Shown: in pieces, positions 60,158 to 64,000 of the stretch
Position numbering within the stretch: the first letter of the stretch is position 1
How the letters are laid out: each line of letters begins with the position of its first letter
From: Candidatus Poribacteria bacterium
GTDB lineage: Bacteria; Poribacteria; WGA-4E; WGA-3G
Assembly: GCA_965215265.1 (NCBI GenBank)
Contig: OZ244048.1
Span: forward strand, 1,056,001 to 1,120,000
Length of the DNA: 64,000 bases
Direction: 5' to 3'
The notes under the pieces: model-generated
Seen by the model: the letters and a program-made list of their open reading frames with translations, nothing else
Database searches by the model: none
What the model was told of the DNA's origin: nothing
Program-made: the position numbers and the translations under genes

Positions 60158-60973
60158 TTTTATAACCCTTTGCGGCCAGAAGGAGTGCCGTGGCCGCCGA
60201 AAAATGATAAACTGCTTTATAGGCGTGTGATGCCAGACGATTATAAAAAACTAGCAGTACCAGAGGGGGTAACAGGGACTGTCGTTGTTGAAGCCAGCAG
60301 ATGGATTGAAGATAACCAGTGGATTCTAGAATTGGCGGCAGAAGAACCTTTCATTGTAGGGTTCGTGGGCAACTTAGATGCGAGAGATGCGAATTTTATC
60401 CAACACTTGGACCGGTTTTCTGCGAACGCGCTTTTTCGCGGGATACGCATCGGCAGTGGACACCTTCAAGCTATCGGCGAAAAAGTGTTTTTAGGTAACA
60501 TTGAGAAACTTGCAGAGAAAGAACTGGCACTCGATCTGCTTATTAACGTAGAAGCCTTACTCAGTCTACCTGCTCTGATTGAACACACGCCTGCAATGCG
60601 GATAGTCATTAACCACATTGCTGGTGTGCCGATTGACGGGCACGCACCGGACTCAGCGTGGGTTGATGCCATTCACGAGGTGGCGCGCTATCCTAATGTC
60701 TACTGCAAGGTTTCAGGCTTGGCAGAGCATACAGGGAAAACCCCGGCACCTTCGGATATTGACTATTACGCACCAACGATAGATGTATTATGGGAAGCGT
60801 TTACGGAAGACCGGCTCATCTACGGTAGTAACTGGCCGGTCTCAGAACGTTTCGCATCATACCAGGCGGTGCAGCAGATAGTGAATGACTACTTCAGCGC
60901 GAAGGGAGAAGTGGTCAAGGCGAAGTTCTTCTGGCAAAACGCAAAGACAGCGTATCAATTGTCAATTGGATAA
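60134..60973 (+). CDS. Amidohydrolase_2 family (sugar-lactonase-like) protein
   Basis: IIDTHTH, VINH, CKVSG, YGSNWP. Confidence 0.88.
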   Translation: MIIDTHTHFYNPLRPEGVPWPPKNDKLLYRRVMPDDYKKLAVPEGVTGTVVVEASRWIEDNQWILELAAEEPFIVGFVGNLDARDANFIQHLDRFSANALFRGIRIGSGHLQAIGEKVFLGNIEKLAEKELALDLLINVEALLSLPALIEHTPAMRIVINHIAGVPIDGHAPDSAWVDAIHEVARYPNVYCKVSGLAEHTGKTPAPSDIDYYAPTIDVLWEAFTEDRLIYGSNWPVSERFASYQAVQQIVNDYFSAKGEVVKAKFFWQNAKTAYQLSIG

Positions 60974-61018
60974 TTGCTATAGGCGGCCCCATGGTACTTT
61001 GGCACTTTCCTATACACG

Positions 61019-61588
61019 CTAGGCTACCCAACGGATAAATTCGCCTGCAGGCTTCCGTTTCGGTTTCCCAATTTCAGCCGGGTACCCGGTATAGAAAAAT
61101 CCGATGATGTATTCTTGTGCTGAATCAATATTGAGAAGCTGATAGGTCTGTTCCTCCATTGTGATTCTGCCGGTGCTCCATTGCATCCCGACACCTGCAT
61201 CCCATGCGGCGAGTTGTATGTTTTGCATGGCGCAACAAGCGGCGGCGTAATCTTCACGTTGCCGCTGTCCGTCTCCTTGTTGTAGGCAAGAAACGGCAAT
61301 AATCGTGGGCTTGGACATGAATTTCTCGAACGCCAATTCGCCGATCTTTGCAAGATTGTCGGCATCAACGTGTTCTGGCGTATCCTCTATTTTAATCTCA
61401 CGATACCTTTCGGCGAGCGTCACCTTCGTTTCTGGTCCTATGACAGTAAACCGCCAAGGCTCTGTAATATGATGATTCGGCGCCCAAATACCGTAGCTGA
61501 ACACCTGTTCAATAACATCGTTAGGCACCGGTTCAGGTTTGAACTTAAAAATCGTGCGTCTTGAAAGAATCGCGTCTTTAACATCCAT
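61019..61588 (-). CDS. Nitroreductase family protein
   Basis: SRRTIFKF, WAPNHHITEPWRF, QNIQLAAW..GVG.QWSTG. Confidence 0.9.
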   Translation of the reverse strand: MDVKDAILSRRTIFKFKPEPVPNDVIEQVFSYGIWAPNHHITEPWRFTVIGPETKVTLAERYREIKIEDTPEHVDADNLAKIGELAFEKFMSKPTIIAVSCLQQGDGQRQREDYAAACCAMQNIQLAAWDAGVGMQWSTGRITMEEQTYQLLNIDSAQEYIIGFFYTGYPAEIGKPKRKPAGEFIRWVA

Positions 61589-61719
61589 GGTTAAAAACCT
61601 CCAAATTGTTTTCATTGAGGGTATACCGTCTTTTTTCTCGTGTGAATTTTGTGGTATACCTCGTATCTACTTAGCGTAAACAGAAACTTGACTCTTAACT
61701 AGCGGGAAACTTCATCACT

Positions 61720-62511
61720 TCAGTAGCCAACAAATTGCAAATATCTCTGCCAGAGCGTATCTCCCCATAAAAAGACAATGACTGCGGCACATGCAAGAAA
61801 GGGTCCATAAGGAATAGGACTTTGGCGGTTCTTTCGTCCGAAAATAATAAGACTTGTTCCAACGAGGGCCCCTCCTATTGCAGAGAGGGCGATAACCATC
61901 GGAAGCTCGGGCCATGCACCGAGAAATAAGCCGTTAAGTCCCATTAACTTAATATCACCGCCGCCCATTGCCTTCTTGCGTAAAATCGCGCTGCCAATTA
62001 TCGCAATTAACCACATTACCACACTGCCTGCCACGGCTCCTATGAGCCGGACTAACATGTACCCTATATCGCCACGTTGATACGCAATGAGCGCAACGAT
62101 GACAAGCCCAATTCCCATGCCAAAGGCAATGAGAATATCCGGGATAATATAGTGTTGTGCATCAATAACCGCAATCGGCAGTAGTAAGGCGACAAAAAAG
62201 GCCCCGTGTAAAAAATTAAACGTCAGTCCGTTAAAATGATAGAACAGACCGAGAAATAGCAGGGCTGTTGCCAGTTCGACTGCCGGGTACATCACTGAAA
62301 TGTTCGCTTTGCAATTACGACATTTTCCACGCAATAGCAAGTAACTCAGAAAAGGGATGTTGTCAATAACGTTTATAGGTTGACGACATTTAGGACAAAA
62401 GGAGCTACGCGGCGAATGTATTGACAAGTCGGCATGCGGAATACGATAGATACAGACATTGAGAAAACTCCCAATTATTAGACCTAAGATAAAAATAAAG
62501 AGTTGTATCAC
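61720..62511 (-). CDS. pilD: Prepilin peptidase/N-methyltransferase (A24)
   Basis: GSFLNVCIYRIP, CPKC/CRNC, ID...IIPD, MGGGDIKL, IPYGPFL. Confidence 0.93.
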   Translation of the reverse strand: MIQLFIFILGLIIGSFLNVCIYRIPHADLSIHSPRSSFCPKCRQPINVIDNIPFLSYLLLRGKCRNCKANISVMYPAVELATALLFLGLFYHFNGLTFNFLHGAFFVALLLPIAVIDAQHYIIPDILIAFGMGIGLVIVALIAYQRGDIGYMLVRLIGAVAGSVVMWLIAIIGSAILRKKAMGGGDIKLMGLNGLFLGAWPELPMVIALSAIGGALVGTSLIIFGRKNRQSPIPYGPFLACAAVIVFLWGDTLWQRYLQFVGY

Positions 62512-62514
62512 GAT

Positions 62515-62794
62515 CTTTCGTCTACAGGCACCCGTAACAAGGCTGCTGCAATGTTAAAACCTGTGAAAATCTCGTCTGAGCCGTCTGGTGCTTTGATTTT
62601 TAAAGACATTACCTAAGTAGTCTCCGACGAGATTTATCTATAGATTGGCAGGTAAAAGGGAAGGGAAGTTCTCTCCGCTCACGGGGAGGAATCCCCTTTC
62701 TTGTCTCTCCTTGCAGGAGAGACAAAGAATACCTATCCTGCCAACACACGAGTATTCATGACATAAGCGTTGACGGTACGGAGATATACAAAAA
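62515..62794. repeat. Family A element containing B (62637-62744), which contains C (~62663-62696)
   Basis: Removing B restores GAGATTTA|CACACGAG. Confidence 0.88.
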
Positions 62795-62798
62795 CAGG

Positions 62799-63440
62799 TT
62801 ACCACCAATATTTCTCGCCGATGCGCGCGTCCACGTGATAGACTCTACTAATTTCAGAGATACCGCCTAATCGATACTTTGGTGGAACCCGCGGATGGTC
62901 TTTCGGGATGCCGACTTTATAGGCATTTGTCTGAAGAACGTAGGTGCCCCCCCAAGGTGTTTGAGGTATAGATTCCAAATAATTTCCACGCCAGCCATCT
63001 ACGCCCGAATTAGTTATAAGTTCATCAAACGTTATGGGGTACCGCTGAGTGTGTTTATAGTACTTCTTAATAGCGATGGCGATGTTCTCTACATCAGTAT
63101 CTGCTTGGCTTACTCTTTGATATTCACGCCAAGGCGGGAAAGAGAGCGCAAAAACAACAATCAGTATTGCCGCCAAGATGAGCAGTTGAATCAACGTCAT
63201 ACCGCTATTTCGGACGGTGTTTGGATTATGCAAAGTACCTTGGTATCCGTTGTTAGTCACTGTTCGGCTAAATAAAAAATGTAGAACGAAATTCTGAAAA
63301 GAATTGCATATTTTTTTTAGCGTCTCAGTTGTCCTGAATCTGGCAATTGCACTCCACACGGGTAAGAGTGTAGATTTTATATATAATGCCCGTATGGCAG
63401 CGGACAAGGTGTCGGCTGTGCGTCTGACAAATGGGCTCAC
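62799..63440 (-). CDS. GspG-like pseudopilin/pilin; true start likely downstream
   Basis: SG|MTLIQLL hydrophobic helix; GWRGNYL..IPQTPWG. Confidence 0.75.
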   Translation of the reverse strand: MSPFVRRTADTLSAAIRALYIKSTLLPVWSAIARFRTTETLKKICNSFQNFVLHFLFSRTVTNNGYQGTLHNPNTVRNSGMTLIQLLILAAILIVVFALSFPPWREYQRVSQADTDVENIAIAIKKYYKHTQRYPITFDELITNSGVDGWRGNYLESIPQTPWGGTYVLQTNAYKVGIPKDHPRVPPKYRLGGISEISRVYHVDARIGEKYWW

Positions 63441-64000
63441 TTTTTTTCCTTAATCAGCGAATCTGGCCGTTCAATATTATATTTTCTCATTTTTTTATAT
63501 AAATTGCTCCGTTCAACTTCCAAAGCTTCGGCTGTCTGTCGTATATTCCAACCGTTTTTCTCTAAGGCTGTCTGAATGCACTGTGCTTCTGCAGCATCTA
63601 CCATGCCACTCAGAGAGGTATTGGGTTGATAGACAGGATTGTGCATTGAAAGTTGCGCGTAATCGTCTTTAGTTGGTGGCATAGTTTGTATCTGTGAGAG
63701 GGACAAAACTTCAGTCACGTCGGTTGGCATCACAATGTCTCTATTTACCATGATCATGAGACGTTCAACGATGTTTTTGAGTTCTCGGATGTTGCCGGGC
63801 CATGGGTAAGATTGTAGTACACGATAAGCCCCGGGGTCAATGACTTTTGCGGCAGATGCCATATTCATCTGTAATCGTGAGGCAAAGTATTTGACGAGTA
63901 AGGGGATATCCTCTAGCCTTTCTCTCAACGGTGGCACCTTAATGGGTACAACGTTGAGCCGAAAGTAGAGATCGGGGCGAAAACGTTGCTCCTCAATTTC
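63437..64000 (-). CDS. Sigma54-dependent (NtrC-family) regulator, C-terminal part
   Basis: FRPDLYFRLNV, PPLRER, WPGNIREL, Fis-type HTH. Confidence 0.92.
   Translation of the reverse strand, partial: EIEEQRFRPDLYFRLNVVPIKVPPLRERLEDIPLLVKYFASRLQMNMASAAKVIDPGAYRVLQSYPWPGNIRELKNIVERLMIMVNRDIVMPTDVTEVLSLSQIQTMPPTKDDYAQLSMHNPVYQPNTSLSGMVDAAEAQCIQTALEKNGWNIRQTAEALEVERSNLYKKMRKYNIERPDSLIKEKK

Overview
Bacterial chromosomal window, most likely from Candidatus Poribacteria. This assignment is an inference from the C-terminal V-x-P-x-x-[KR]-L-x-V-x-W-G-x-L-K motif on secreted proteins and the many ankyrin, WD40, LRR, TPR, FG-GAP/ASPIC and FGE-domain proteins. Housekeeping genes include a double-length uvrA, era, fumC, rpoB-rpoC, a stand-alone EF-G, degP, a Rieske/cytochrome b pair, pilD and a GspG-like pilin. 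Three things stand out. (1) A nested system of non-autonomous palindromic repeats has colonised 21-63 kb. Family A forms ~165-bp inverted-arm doublets. Family B is a ~65-70-bp hairpin with a one-sided short palindromic tag that inserts into A without target duplication, and further small modules nest inside B. These repeats are also translated in frame inside UvrA, RpoB, RpoC and CapA, and they supply ribosome-binding sites, start codons and stop codons to core genes. (2) RpoB and RpoC carry large insertions built from a ~35-45-aa module that resembles a native beta-prime N-terminal segment, including ~650 aa in the trigger loop. (3) An island at 16.4-20.6 kb holds a poly-C-frameshifted LRR gene and an Rpn-like nuclease with an internal RBS/ATG before a 12-aa tandem-repeat tail; each gene is followed by the same ~170-bp module. 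No rRNA, tRNA, CRISPR array, transposase or reverse transcriptase was recognised. All calls come from reading the sequence by eye; no searches were run.
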